Shown in pieces: positions 1 through 13,732 of a stretch of DNA of 64,000 bases. Made by a program: the position numbers and the translations under genes. Source of the DNA: Eledone cirrhosa (lineage: Eukaryota); the NCBI GenBank assembly GCA_964016885.1, contig OZ024765.1, positions 12,958,001 through 13,022,000 of the forward strand. Direction: 5' to 3'. How positions within the stretch are numbered: the first letter of the stretch is position 1; every line of letters begins with the position of its first letter. The notes beneath the pieces are model-generated. The model did not search any database. It saw only the letters and a program-made list of their open reading frames with translations, and had not been told where the DNA came from.

Positions 1-77
1 TGTAGAAGCTATTTCTATATTAAATATTTATTCTCTGCTATGTACTGTGGTTACCCTCGATTGTACCCAGGATAAAC

Positions 78-140
<63 letters not shown>

Positions 141-428
141 GGAGTTTCTGGCCAACTGCAAGAGCTCAGCCGTAGCGCAGTAACTTATTACAAAACCAAC
201 TTACTTATTGAGTACTTAGCTGAACAATGGTCTTACTTGTCTAAACTGGTAATTCCTCATCTATATATTTATCTGGCTGAATGTGTGTGTGTGTGTGTGA
301 GTGTGTATGTGTGTGTGTGAGTGTGTGTGAGTATGTATGTGTATAAAAAATCTCTGATGATACACATGTGATGTGAAATGAAGTGTTAGGGTAAATTAAT
401 TGATTTAATGCTCAGAGTATATATAGTA

Positions 429-645
429 CGAGGGTTTACTGAAAAATTCTGGACTTGATCTCTACTACAAGGGCCTGGTTGGAGGCCCAACCTTCCGAGT
501 TCTTTTTACAGGGCTTAGAAAAACTTAAGGACCCCTGCAATAAATGTGTGAATCTGAGAGGGGAATATGTTGAATAAAATCATAATTAATTGATCCTCCT
601 GTATTTTCTTTTACCTGAAGCTAAAAACTTTTCAGCACCCCCTCC
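429..645 (+). mobile_element. Mariner-derived non-autonomous element with transposase C-terminal remnant
   Basis: TA-flanked imperfect TIRs (CGAGGGTTTACTGAAAAATT ... AAACTTTTCAGCACCCCCTCC). Internal frame reads FFLQGLEKLKDPCNKCVNLRGEYVE*, a typical mariner transposase C-terminus. Confidence 0.75.
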
Positions 646-993
646 TATATATTTCAATTAGAAATGCAGCTTCAGCAAAATTCTTGCCATTTCCTTGACC
701 CTTTAGTTACCAATCTGGCCCAAACCAGCTCTGGTTCTATGAAATAAAACAATTTAAATAAAAAATCATAATTTTATATAAGAACCTGACATTAAGTTAC
801 TATCTGAGCAGTGCTGGATTTACTATTGTGCTTAAGCACAGAGCCCTATTTGCCAGGGAAGGGAGGGAGAGGGGCATCTTCCTGCCAAAAATTTTTTTTC
901 ACTTCCTTCAGGGCCCAAGTAAGGGGCCTCCTAACTTACCTATCACAGGGCCTCATTTGTCCTGAATCCAGCATTGTATTTTACTAATGAAAT

Positions 994-1162
994 ACCATAT
1001 TTCCCGGTGCTGAATTCGCTTTGTCTTCAAGGACTCATCTTAATTTTGACAACCAGAAATTTGAAAAAAATAATAAACTACCTTCAGTCTCCAAGACCCA
1101 TGGTAGATTTTTGAGATTTATTTTAGGAAAAAAGTAGCATCTTCGATGCCGGGAAATACGGT
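994..1162. mobile_element. Tc1/pogo-like MITE
   Basis: Inverted ends ACCATATTTCCCGGTG ... TGCCGGGAAATACGGT. Confidence 0.55.
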
Positions 1163-1221
1163 GGTTGATAATTTTAGTAAATCCCTCAAAATTCTTCATT
1201 AATTAATTGAGTGTAATGGCC

Positions 1222-1405
1222 AGTGGATTGGCAGTATCGGTAGAGGGTCGGACGCCATGCTTTGACGCATAGAGTTACGGCCCTTGCCATTCTGAGTTCA
1301 AATCCCGCCGAGGTTAACTTTGCCTTTCATCCTTATGGGGTCGATAAAATAAAGTACCAGTAATACACTGGGTAATTGCTGGCCTTGTGCCAAAAGTAGA
1401 AACAA
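1222..1405 (+). mobile_element. tRNA-derived SINE, family A
   Basis: A box TGGCAGTATCGG and B box GAGTTCAAATCC followed by core GAGGTTAACTTTGCCTTTCATCCTTACGGGGTCGATAAAATAAAGTACCAG. Further copies at about 25520, 31722, 36270, 42580, 42815, 44012, 45140, 53281 (+) and 54497, 62626 (-). Confidence 0.85.
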
Positions 1406-1687
1406 TTAATTAATTGAGTGTATTTCATTAGAAATGTGGCCATGAAAGGGTTAATCCCCATTGAAAGATATGTAAGGCTAATAAAGCGTCTTTAATATAT
1501 TCATCATTCTCGTATATTGAAAGGGTTTGTGTCCTTACATTTTTATAACCACTCTCGATTGTTTTACTCCTTATTCTATATGAATTACACCTTGGGTCAA
1601 TTGATTCATTCTCTTTACTGATTGTTGAACCAAGTTGAGCTTGGAAATTGCTGGCATAACTTTACTCATTTAATCTTTCAATAATTT

Positions 1688-1726
<39 letters not shown>

Positions 1727-1764
1727 TTGCGAGGTTTTTTATATGAAATCGTGTGTCGAAACAA

Positions 1765-1918
1765 ATATTGTTATACTTGGGGAGGGTCATATTTGTGTAA
1801 TATTGCCAGAATTAATAACAGAACACACTCACTGTTTGGTTGGTTTTCGCTTCTCGCTTCTGTTTCTGTTATTAATTCTGGCAATATTACACAAATATGA
1901 CCTTCCCCAAGTATAACA

Positions 1919-1922
<4 letters not shown>
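1765..1922. repeat. Fold-back (about 58-bp inverted arms) of a (TA)n-associated element terminus
   Basis: ATATTGTTATACTTGGGGAGGGTCATATTTGTGTAATATTGCCAGAATTAATAACAGAA is nearly the exact reverse complement of 1864-1922. The same terminus recurs at 36020-36080 and, diverged, at 60955-60980 and 61368-61393. Confidence 0.85.
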
Positions 1923-1951
<29 letters not shown>

Positions 1952-1952
<1 letters not shown>

Positions 1953-2291
1953 CATCATCATCATCATCATTTTACGTCCGCTTTTCCCTGCTTGCAAGGG
2001 TGGGACGGGAACTGATTCTGGCTTGATTTCTACAGCTGGATGCCCTTCCTAACACCAACCTCATTTACAGTGAGTGCTGGGTGCTTTTTTGCCGTGGCAC
2101 CTCCACGACCACTTTGCAGTGGAATGACAAGGACCCCAGTCCCTATCATCTCATTTCTACAGCTGAGTAAACTGAAGCAATGTGAAATAAAGTGCCTTGC
2201 TCAAGGAACCAACACATCACCCGGTCTGAGAATTGAACTCACAACCTTTCGATTGCAAGTCCAATGCTCTAACCACTAAGCCATGTGCCTC
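1952..2291 (-). mobile_element. tRNA-derived SINE, family B, with RTE-type tail ending in (ATG)n
   Basis: Minus-strand head GGCTTAGTGGTTAGAGC...GAGTTCAATTC, core CCTTGAGCAAGGCACTTTATTTCACATTGC, tail GGACGTAAAATGATGATG. Near-identical copies at 5461-5820, 39027-39366 and 39755-40100. Confidence 0.85.
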
Positions 2292-2322
<31 letters not shown>

Positions 2323-2352
2323 GTGCCTCTATACATATATATATATGTATAT

Positions 2353-2420
<68 letters not shown>

Positions 2421-3132
2421 TAGTGAAAAAGAACAAAGGAACTATTATGACATTATAACAAGTTTATTGCCGACAGCCGTTTCGTCCGACCATATGGTGA
2501 TCATCGCGATTCACATACGACCTACCATACATCTTACTATATATATATATATATATCATCATCATCGTTTAGCATCCACTTGCCGTTCTAGCATGGCTTA
2601 TATGGGTTGTCCCATATGAGGCAAGTTGGGTCAGGTGACCGTGTCTTGCACATAGAGAACTGTTTCCGACTAGGTTTCTACAGCTGGATGCGCTTCCTAA
2701 TGTATATATATACATATGTAGGTAACACGGTAAAAAGTTCCCAGTTCTACACTGTAAATGTGATTTGTGTTAGGAAGGGCATCCAGCCGTAGAAAACCTG
2801 CCAGATAGTCCTATATGAGCGAGACATGGTCACCCGACCAACCTTGCCTCAAGTGGGACAACTCCCGCCTAACCGATGCTAGCGTGGAAGATGGACGTTA
2901 AACGAAGATGATGATGATGATGATATATATATGTATATATATATATATATATATATACGTATGTGTGTGTATATATATAGTTATTCCAAATAAACAAACG
3001 TTGGTTGATCTATTAATTGACTGACTGTCGTGTAAACAGACATAAGCACTCTATGACATGTGTACCTTAAGGTATTACCTATAATACCTTAAGTATCAGA
3101 CAGGGTGTCAATATTATCAAGAAGAGGGATGC

Positions 3133-3203
3133 TTTTATGTATACATCCTCTGTTTATTATATAATCCTGGATTATATAATAAACAGAGGATGTATACATA
3201 AAA
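3133..3203. repeat. Perfect 35-bp-arm hairpin with 1-nt loop
   Basis: TTTTATGTATACATCCTCTGTTTATTATATAATCC-T-GGATTATATAATAAACAGAGGATGTATACATAAAA. Confidence 0.95.
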
Positions 3204-3217
3204 CTGTCTCTCGTCTT

Positions 3218-3260
<43 letters not shown>

Positions 3261-3415
3261 ATCATTGTCATTTAACATCCTCTTTTCCTGCTAGTAAGGG
3301 GTTGTTTCTATCTCTATTTATCTGTCAGTTTGTCTATATATCTGTCTGTCTGCCTTTCTCTGTGTCTGTTTATTTACCTGTCTGTCTGTTTATCTAACTC
3401 CATCTCCCATCCCCC

Positions 3416-3583
<168 letters not shown>

Positions 3584-3619
3584 TAAGTTTGTCTTGAAAC
3601 AGCGAGCGAAGTTTGAAAT

Positions 3620-3803
3620 TTAGGAGAAGGAAGACGCAGTAGAGGAAGACAACAAAAAACAAGAGCAGAGGTGGTGAGAGCTGACCTCAGATCGCTGAAG
3701 GTCACGGAGGAGATGACAAAGGACCGTGATGATGGTGTGCTAAAAAGGACCCGTCCCACCCTTGCAAGCAGGGAAAAGCGGACGTAAAATGACGATGATG
3801 ATG
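3620..3803 (+). mobile_element. RTE LINE 3' end fragment
   Basis: Translates roughly as GRRRSRGRQQKTRAEVVRADLRSLKVTEEMTKDR. Ends CCCGTCCCACCCTTGCAAGCAGGGAAAAGCGGACGTAAAATGA followed by (GAT)n. Confidence 0.65.
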
Positions 3804-4035
3804 ATATATATATATATATATATATATATATCAAATTATAAATGCGAGGAAAGAATAGACAAAGAATTACATATTTTTTCTTCAATGATGATGATGATGA
3901 TACACACACACACACATATATTTATGTATTTATGTATCTGTGTGTGTATCTTATTACTATATATATATATATATTATTATATATATATATAGTAATAATA
4001 TATATATATATATATGTATATATATAGTAATAATA

Positions 4036-4086
<51 letters not shown>

Positions 4087-4131
4087 GTAATAATAATATA
4101 TATATATATGTATATATATATAGTAATAATA

Positions 4132-4187
<56 letters not shown>

Positions 4188-4266
4188 ATAATAATATATA
4201 TATATATGTATATATATATATAGTAATAATAATAAATTTGAAGACTAAAATCTGTTATTTTAATAA

Positions 4267-4329
<63 letters not shown>

Positions 4330-4355
4330 TAGTAATAATAATATATATATATGTT

Positions 4356-4397
<42 letters not shown>

Positions 4398-4659
4398 AGA
4401 GAGAGAGAGAGAGAGAGACTAGTATTGATTTCTAAACATTGGCACAGGGCCACACATATATAGAAATGCACTAAAACAAATATTGCAGCCGCATCAATGC
4501 AGCTAGATCCAGGGTCAAGTTGATCCCTGTTGCTGGGCTGGGCTGGGCTTTGGCAAATTGAACCAATTGCACCTATTTGGTCCTTGCACTTAAAGAAGGG
4601 GCTCTGTGTTAGGATACTATCTACTCTCAGCTTGTCAACTGCTCATGTCACATTGTTAT

Positions 4660-5330
4660 CGCCATCACCACCACTACCACCACCACCACCACCACCACCA
4701 CCACCACCACCACCACCACCACCACCATCATCACCGTCACCATCACAATCATCACCACCACCATCATCATCACCATCATCAACATCACAATCATCACCGT
4801 CACCATCACAATCATCACCACCACCATCATCATCACCATCATCAACATCACAATCATCACCGTCACCATCACAATCATCACCATCATCATCATCACCATT
4901 GTTATCATCACCATCACCATCATCACCATCATCAACATTACCAGTTATCATCACCATCACCATCACAATCATCACCACCACCATCATCATCACCATTGTT
5001 ATCATCACCGTCACCATCACAATCATCACCACCACCATCATCATCACCATTGTTATCATCACCGTCACCATCACAATCATCACCACCACCATCATCATCA
5101 CCATTGTTATCATCACCGTCACCATCACAATCATCACCACCATCATCATCATCACCATTGTTATCATCACCGTCACCATCACAATCATCACCACCATCAT
5201 CATCATCACCATTGTTATCATCACCGTCACCATCACAATCATCACCACCACCATCATCATCATCACCATTGTTATCATCACCGTCACCATCACAATCATC
5301 ACCATCATCATCAACATCACCACCATCATG
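4660..5330. repeat. CAC/CAT microsatellite with 54-bp higher-order units
   Basis: Unit CCATTGTTATCATCACCGTCACCATCACAATCATCACCACCACCATCATCATCA repeated about 6-7 times at 4940-5300. The ORFs here are artefacts. Confidence 0.9.
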
Positions 5331-5458
5331 GCAAGGGTTGGACAGGTTGTCACCAACTGAGTCAGTACTTGTCTTGTTGCCCATTTTTTAAAATATATAT
5401 ATATGTGTGTGTGTTTATTTATATACATATCTGTGTGTGTATACATATATATATATAT

Positions 5459-5460
<2 letters not shown>

Positions 5461-5493
<33 letters not shown>

Positions 5494-5820
5494 TTCATTT
5501 TACGTCTGCTTCTCCCTGCTTGCAAGGGTGGGACGGGAACTGAGTCTGGCTTGATTTCTACAGCTGGATGCCCTTCCTAACACCAACCTCATTTACAGTG
5601 AGTGCTGGGTGCTTTTTTGCCGTGGCACCTCCACGACCACTTTACAGTGGAATGATAGGGACCCCAGTCCCTATCATCTCATTTCTACAGCTGAGTAAAC
5701 TGGAGCAATGTGAAATAAAGTGTCTTGCTCAAGGAAACAACACATCACCCGGTCTGAGAATTGAACTCACAACCTTTCGATTGCAAGGCCAATGCTCTAA
5801 CCACTAAGCCATGTGCCTCC
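5461..5820 (-). mobile_element. SINE family B copy
   Basis: Near-identical to 1952-2291. Confidence 0.85.
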
Positions 5821-6559
5821 ATATAGTATATATATATGTACAAATGTAAGTTTATTTATTCATTCATTTCCTTACAACATGTTTCAGCAAAGCAAGTGCT
5901 CACTAAGCCTCATCAAAGAAATAATGTTTATTCAATTATAAATAATGAGCTTTTCTTCCTTTATGGACTACTAAGATCAATAAATCTGAAACCAATATAT
6001 ATATGTTGTATCAAGGACACAACAACCTCTCTAGTGTTAGTGATTACATGATAAACACACCCAGTACATGCTGTAAAGTGGTTGGTGTTAGGAGGGACAT
6101 CCAGCTGTAGAAAGTTTGCCAAATAAAGGGTTTGGAGGACCCTTCAGTTGTGTCAAAGATATGAGAAACCTTTCTTGTGTACTTGGTAGAACATGAGACC
6201 ATATGTAAGCCAAATGCAGATCCCTGGCCTGTCTGGTAGGTCACTAACCCCGCTTCAGTTCCACAACATATTAGCAAACCATCTTTGAGGACATGTGTTT
6301 CACCTTAAGGATTTTCAACTCGAGTTGAAAATCCGTTGGGTGAAACTACATGTCCTTTGAATTAATGATGCTCTGGACAAACATCCATTGAGCTTTTCTG
6401 CTGAGAAACATAATCATCATACATATTATATATGTTACGATACCTTAACTTAGTGTGTATATATGTATATATATATATATATATATCTAAGGCGGGTAAA
6501 ATTCCCGAGATCCATGGACGACTTCTCTCCAGCGGTCTCTGTCCCTCATTATCGCTGCC

Positions 6560-6727
6560 ATGTCCTGAGGTTAGCTGGACATGCTCACCGACATCCAGAG
6601 TTGACATTGCACTCAGTGCTCCTTTGGGAGCCCCTACATGGACACACTAGAAGAGGAAGACCAAGGTTAACGTATGTTGATGCCCTAAGGACAGACACTG
6701 GTCTGTTGGAGACGCAGGACATGGCAG

Positions 6728-6729
<2 letters not shown>
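6560..6729 (+). mobile_element. RTE-like LINE ORF C-terminal fragment
   Basis: LRLAGHAHRHPELTLHSVLLWEPLHGHTRRGRPRLTYVDAL matches the RTE (R)L(R)xxGH...GRP..W/Y motif. Bounded by (TA)n. Confidence 0.7.
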
Positions 6730-6782
<53 letters not shown>

Positions 6783-7149
6783 TTTTTCTCAAGTTCAATT
6801 GGAGGTAGCCACAGTAAGGAAGGTACTCAATACAAAGCAGAGTATAAATATTTAATAAAGGCAAGGCCTCTACAGGACTAGAACTGTTTCATTAGGGAGA
6901 ATATATATATCAATCATCATCATCATCATCATCTATATATATATTATTTTTATTCTTTATTATTAACATTAATATAAAAGATAATTATATTTTTTTAGAG
7001 AAGGGCCTCAAATTTCATATAGCCTAGGGCCTCAGCAGGTGACAGTCTGGCCCTTGTAGATGGATAGATAAATGGATAGATAGATAAATAGGACGATAGA
7101 TAGGTAGGTAGATAGATAGATAGATAGATAAATGGGTAGATAGATAGAT

Positions 7150-7520
7150 ATGTTTCTTTATTAGCCACAGGGGCACAAAAGAAGGGGACAAATACAAAGG
7201 GGGAAGTTTACATACAATAAAAACGTAAAATATTATCACAAATGCAATTTAAAAGTTAAACGATTTCCCCCAATAGGGGGAGACAGTTCATATGGGTAAC
7301 ACATAGCCCCGAAAAAATGTGCAACCCTCATCTCCAGGAGTACGAAGAGTTTGTACACCTTTCCTCTCTTCCTCTTTTTCCTCAACCTACAGGCTGATAT
7401 AGAGAGAAGGCCCATTCACTCAGGCCATTCTCGCCACTTTCACCCACCTTAGATAGATAGATTGATAGGTAGATAGTTAGATAGATAGATTAGTAAATAC
7501 ATAGGTTGGTGGACTGAAAG

Positions 7521-7563
<43 letters not shown>

Positions 7564-9515
7564 AATATATAGATATATTGATTAAGTGATTGATTATTTA
7601 TATTGGGGGAAATATATATATTGTATTGTGGAAGTAAAAGAAAAAAACAGTAATTGATAACAGAGATGGCGTGGGCTGGACTGACAAAGGAAGGGGTCTT
7701 AAGAGGAGTAGTTGGATGGTGGGGCATGTAAGGCTGGATAATAGGGGTGGGTAAGGGAGATAACTAGGTCAATAGGAAGGAAAACAAACTTGCTGGAAGA
7801 TGACAAAGAAATAGAGAAAGAAAGAATGGCAAGGAGTTGGGGGGGGGGAGAAGTAAATAAAGAATGGTGTGAAGAGAGGGAAAGATTAGCAAGGAGAGAG
7901 GGAGAGTCAGGAGTCTGGCAGAGAGAGAGGGGGGAGACTGACAGAGGGAGAGAGAGGGAGGGAGACTGACAGAGGGAGAGAGAGGGAGAGAGACTGGAAC
8001 AGAAGAAAAGAGGGAGAAAAAGAATGGGACTGATAGAGGGGGAGAAAAAGAGAGGGAGAGACTGGTGGAAAGATAGAGATGCAGGGAAACACAAATACAG
8101 AAATAGAGAACGAATGGCCAGGTGAGAGAGAGAGATAGGGAGAAAGAGGGATAAGAGAGAGAGAGTGGGGTAGGAAGATGAACAGAGGGGGAGATGGAGA
8201 CAGAGAGGTGAAGAGGAAAGGGAGGAAGATGAAAAGGGTAAGATGGGGGAAGGAGAGAGATGGGGGAGGGGGTAGGAATATATATGAAGACAGAGGTGGA
8301 GAGGGAGGGAGAGAAGATGGAGGAGAAAGATGAAGATAAAAAGGAAGAAGAAGACAGAGAAACAAAAAGAGAGAGAGAGGAGGGTGAAGAAAATAAAGAG
8401 AGATGGAGATGAGAGAGAGAGGGGGCGAGAAATACACGGTGGTGGGGGCAGTCTAGAATAACATACAAACAGTCTGACAGAAAGACAGATAAACTGACAG
8501 ACAGACAGACTGAAAGACAAAGGAACAGGGCAGAAGAAGAGGAGGAGGGTGAGTTAAAAAGTGTACAGAAAGGGAAAGTAACATAGATAGATAGATTTCT
8601 TTATTTGCCACAAGGGCGCACAAGAAAAGGGGACAATACAAAGACATATGCCGGGGATTTTACATACAGTCGTGTAAAAAATATAAAACAAACAATTACA
8701 ACAATCGAAATCCCCAATAGGAGGGAGACGCCACAAATGGGTGGTTTAATACCCTGTAGATAGAACAACCCTCAACTTCAGGAGCGTGTTGTGCAAGTGC
8801 TCCTTTCTTCCTTTTACTCTCTTCTTTAACCTACAGGCTTATAAACAGAGAAGGCCCAATCACTCGGGTCATTTTCGCTTCATTCACCCACCTTTCAGTA
8901 AATTTACTGGGGTGCAGTGCCTCTCTCTCCACTCTGATTCTCCTTCTAAAGTGATACTTAAAGAAGGGAATCAATTGTTGTCCGGAGAGAAAGGCATCTG
9001 TCCTCAGTCCTCTCAATCTCGTCCACGATATAACCTCTTCCACCATAGCCACTAGACAGAGGAAAACCGCCTCTCTTTCGTTTTTGAAAGAGGCTGGCGG
9101 TTTGATCCTTACTAAATAGATAGATATATTTCTTTATTAGCCACAGGGGCACAAAAGAAGGGGACAAATACAAAGGGGGAAGTTTACATACAATAAAAAC
9201 GTGTAAAATGTTATCACAGATGGAATTTAAAAGTTAGTCGATTTTCCCCAATAGAGGGAGACAGTTTATATGGGTAACACATACCCCCGAAAAAAAATGT
9301 GCAACCCTCATCTCCAGGAGTACGAAGAGCTTGTACTCCTTTCCTCTCCTCCTCCTTTTCCTCAACCTACAGGCTGATATAGAGAGAAGGCCCATTCACT
9401 CGGGCCATTCTCGCCACTTTCACCCACCTTTCATAAAACTTGCTGGGGTACAGCACCTCTCTCTCCATCCTGATTCTTCTTCCAAAGTGGGATTTGAAAA
9501 AAAGAATCAGTTAGA
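7150..9515 (-). mobile_element. Cluster of three L1/Tx1-like LINE 3' ends in (GATA)n tracts (about 7150-7450, 8595-9110, 9130-9510)
   Basis: Minus frame EVISWTRLRG...FKYHFRRRIRVEREALHPSKFTERWV resembles a Tx1 ORF2 C-terminus. The 3' end is GTGGCTAATAAAGAAA followed by (TATC)n. Copies on + at 12115-12500, 22135-22217, 34635-34950 and 43015-43290. Confidence 0.65.
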
Positions 9516-9546
9516 TAGCTAGACAACAGTGAGAGAGAAAGTGTGT

Positions 9547-9618
<72 letters not shown>

Positions 9619-9819
9619 ATGTGTGTGTTTTGAAAATTTGGTTCAATGAAAAAATTTCATCTTATCACGGACAAACAGAATGTCTTTCTTTCAGACAGCA
9701 ACAGTAAGACAACAATCATAACAGCAGCAACAATAACAATAACAATCATCAAAACAACTACAGCAATATCAGTAACAACAACAACAACTAAAACATAGTG
9801 ATACAACAATCATAATAAC

Positions 9820-11015
9820 TGTTTCTATAAGGATGAAAGGCCGAGGTTAACTTTTAACCTCGACGGGATTTAAACTCGGAATGTAAAGAACCATTATAAT
9901 GCCTTCTTATATAGGCACAAGGCCAGCAATCTTTGGGGAGGGGGAAGTCTATTAAATCGACCCCAGTGCATTACTGGTACTTTATTTTATCGACCCCCGT
10001 AAGGATGAAAGGCAAAGTTAACCTCGGCGGGACTTGAACTCAGATCATAAAGGGACGTAACTCTTTGCTGTAAAGCATGGCGTCTGATGCTCTACCGAAT
10101 CTGCCAATCCACCGCCCTTAATAATAAGAGCCATAATAATAATAATAATTGTTTCTACTTTAGGCACAAGGCCAGCAATTACCCCAGTGTATTACTGGTA
10201 CTTTATTTTATCGACCCCGTAAGGATTAAAGGCAAAGTTAACCTCGTAATAATAATGCTTTCTGACTTAGACACCAGGCCAACAATTTTTGGGGAGTGGA
10301 AAATCTATTAAATCGACCCCAGTACATTACTGGTACTTTATTTTATCGACCCCGTAAGGATGAAAGGCAAAGTTAACCTCGGCGAGATTTGAACTCACAC
10401 CATAAAGGGCCATAACTCTATGCTGCAAAGCATGGTCTCCGACCCTCTTACGATACTTTCTGACTTAGACATTAGGCCAACAATTTTTGGGGAGTGGAAA
10501 ATCTATTAAATCGATCCCAGTACATTACTGGTACTTTATTTTATCGACCCCGTAAGGATGAAAGGCAAAGTTAACCTCGGCGAGATTTGAACTCACACCA
10601 TAAAGGGCCATAACTCTATGCTGCAAAGCATGGTGTCCGACCCTCTTACGATACTTTCTGACTTAGATACAAGGCCAATAATTTTGGAGGAGGGAAACGT
10701 CAATTAAATCGACCCCAGTACATTACTGGTACTTTATTTTATCAATCCCATTTAAACTCAGAATGTAAAGAGATGTAACTATATACTGCAAAGCAGTTTG
10801 TCGGACGCTCTAACGATTCTGTAATCCGCTGCCATAAATATTGGCACAAGGCCAGCAATTATCCCAGTGTATTACTGGTATTTTATTTTATCAACCCCCG
10901 TAAGGATGAAAGGCAAATTTAACCTCGGTGGGATTTGAACTCAGACAACAAAGGGCTGTAACTCTTTGCTGCAAAGCATGGGGCCCGACTCTCTACCGAT
11001 TCTGCCGAACCACCG
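9820..11015 (-). mobile_element. Array of about 7 co-oriented SINE family A copies, including a 198-bp tandem unit
   Basis: Repeated GTAAGGATGAAAGGCAAAGTTAACCTCGGCGAGATTTGAACTC. TCTGACTTAGA recurs at about 10261, 10459 and 10657. Confidence 0.85.
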
Positions 11016-12018
11016 CCCTACAACAGTGATAACAACAACAACAACAACAACAACAACAAGATGAATATAGAATGAGAAGATGGACAACAATAGACAGTGG
11101 CAACAGTGGTGCTAGCAACAATATATAAACAATGATAGTAACCATAGCAACCGAAGAGAACAACCTTAAATACCACCAGAAGATAATTAGCAACACACCA
11201 CCAACAATAGCAACAACATTAACAACAACAACATCATTAATAATAACACCATCAGTAATAACAACAACAAGAACATCAGTAATAACAAGAACAACAACAT
11301 TAATAACAACAAAACTGGACATCAACAACAACAACAACAAAACTGGACATAACAACAACAACAACAGTAACAACTGGACAACAATAACAACAACCACAAC
11401 TGGACATCAACAACAACAACTGGACACAACAACAACTGGACACTAACAATAACAACAATAACAACTGGACAACAACAACAATAACTGGACAACAGCAACA
11501 ACAATAACAACAACTGGACACTAACAACAACAACAACAACAACAACAACTGGACACAACAACAACAACAACTGGACACAACAACAACAGGACACTAACAA
11601 CAACAACAACAACTGGACACAACAACAACAGGACACTAACAACAACAACAACTGGACACAACGAAAACAACAAAAAATCAATGATATTCTGATTGATTTT
11701 TGTCTGTTTAATCAAGTATGGCGCCATAATTGATCTGTCGGCCACGTGATCTAGCATTGATTAATCGATCTCTGTGTATGTATGTGTGTGTGGATGTATG
11801 TATGAATGTGTGTATGTGTGTGTGTGGATTTATGTATGTGTGGATGTATGTATGAGTGTGTGTGGATGTATGTAAGTGTGGATGTATGTGTGTGGATGTA
11901 TGTATGTATTAATGTGTGTGTATGTTTGGATGTGTGTGAGTACGTATGTATCTTTCTCCCTCTCAATCAATCTATCTATCTACTTTTCTCTCTCTCTCTC
12001 TCTATCTGTCTCTATCTA

Positions 12019-12049
<31 letters not shown>

Positions 12050-12611
12050 ATCTATCTATCTCTCTATCTATCTCTCTCTTTCTATCTATCTATCTATCTA
12101 TCTATCTATCCTTCAGTCAAGTTTTATGAAAGGTGGGTGAAAGTGGCGAGAATGGCCCGAGTGAATGGGCCTTCTCTCTATATCAGCCTGTAGGTTGAGG
12201 AAAAGGAGGAGGAGAGGAAAGGAGTACAAACTCTTCGTACTCCTGGAGATAAGGGTTGCACATTTTTTTTTCGGGGGTATGTGTTACCCATATGTAATGT
12301 CTCCCCCTATTGGGGAAAATCGACTAATTTTTAAATTGCATTTGTGATAATATTTTACACGTTTTTATTGTATGTAAACTTCCCCCTTTGTATTTGTCCC
12401 CTTCTTTTGTGCTCCTGTGGCTAATAAAGAAACATATCTATCCCTCATGTCTTTGTATTGTCCCCTTTTCTTGTGCGCCCTTGTGGCTAATAAAGAAATA
12501 TATCTATCTATCCCTCTCTATCTATCTATGTCTCTCTCTCTCTCTCTATCTATCTATCCCTCTCTCTCTCTCTCTATCTCTATCTATCTATCCCTCTCTA
12601 TCTATCTATCC

Positions 12612-12643
<32 letters not shown>

Positions 12644-13061
12644 CTATCCCTCTCTCTCTATCTATCTATCTATCTATCTATCTATCCCTCTCTCTCTCTA
12701 TCTCTATCTATCTACCCCCCCCCCCTCTCTCTCTGTCTACTTATTTATTAATATATGCAGGTGTTTGAACAAATGTCATATTAGAAAACAAGGATTACTC
12801 TATAGTATGGAAATAGTTATAAATATTTCATATTTGCATTGTAGAATCTTGTCAAAACATGCAACTTAAAGTTTCATATAATCTCCAATAGGCTCCATGA
12901 ATTGAATTAATATTAAAATAAAGCAATACAGACATTGGGTTTAATGATAACACTTAATATGTCTTCACACACTCACTACGATGTAAGTGTGGGAAGCAAG
13001 ATCTTTGGTTTGAGAAGACATTCCACTGTTTCACTCTCTCACCCATCTAAGAAGCAGACTT

Positions 13062-13066
13062 GCTGC

Positions 13067-13109
<43 letters not shown>

Positions 13110-13732
13110 CTTCTTCTTCTTCTTCTTCTTCTTCTTCTTCTTCTTCTTCTTCTTTGCCTTCTTCTTTGCCTTCTTTTTCTTCTTCTTCTTCTTTTTTTTC
13201 TTCTTTTTCTTTTTCTTTTTCTTCTTCTTCTTCTTTTTCTTTTTCTTTTTCTTCTTTTTCTTTTTCTTCTTCTTTTTCTTCTTCTTTTTCTTCTTCTTCT
13301 TCTTCTTCTTTTTCTTCTTCTTCTTCTTCTTCTTCTTCTTCTTCTTCTTCGCCTTCTTCTTTGCCTTCTTCTTTGCCTTCTTCTTCTTCTTCTTCTTCTT
13401 CTTCTTCTTCTTCTTCTTCTTCTCCTCTCTTCTTCTTCTTCTTTTCTCTCTTCTTCTTCTTCTTCTTCTTCTTTTTCTTTTTCTTTTTCTTCTTCTTTTT
13501 CTTTTTCTTCTTCTTCTTTTTCTTCTTCTTTTTCTTCTTCTTCTTCTTCTTCTTTTTCTTCTTCTTCTTCTTCTTCTTCTTCTTCTTCTTCTTCTTCGCC
13601 TTCTTCTTTGCCTTCTTCTTTGCCTTCTTCTTCTTCTTCTTCTTCTTCTTCTTCTTCTTCTTCTTCTTCTTCTTCTCCTCTCTTCTTCTTCTTCTTTTCT
13701 CTCTTCTTCTTCTTCTTCTTCTTCTTCTTCTT
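13062..13732. repeat. (TTG)n + (TTC)n microsatellite, the expanded tail of the adjacent RTE copy
   Basis: Direct sequence; contiguous with the 3' end of the minus-strand RTE fragment. Confidence 0.9.

Noticed and set aside
2200-2291. tRNA gene candidates at SINE heads
   Set aside because: A and B boxes are present but no complete cloverleaf was evident, and they are always fused to SINE cores.
7699-8520. Leu/Ser/Pro-rich minus-strand ORFs
   Set aside because: Translation of a degenerate GA-rich polypurine tract.
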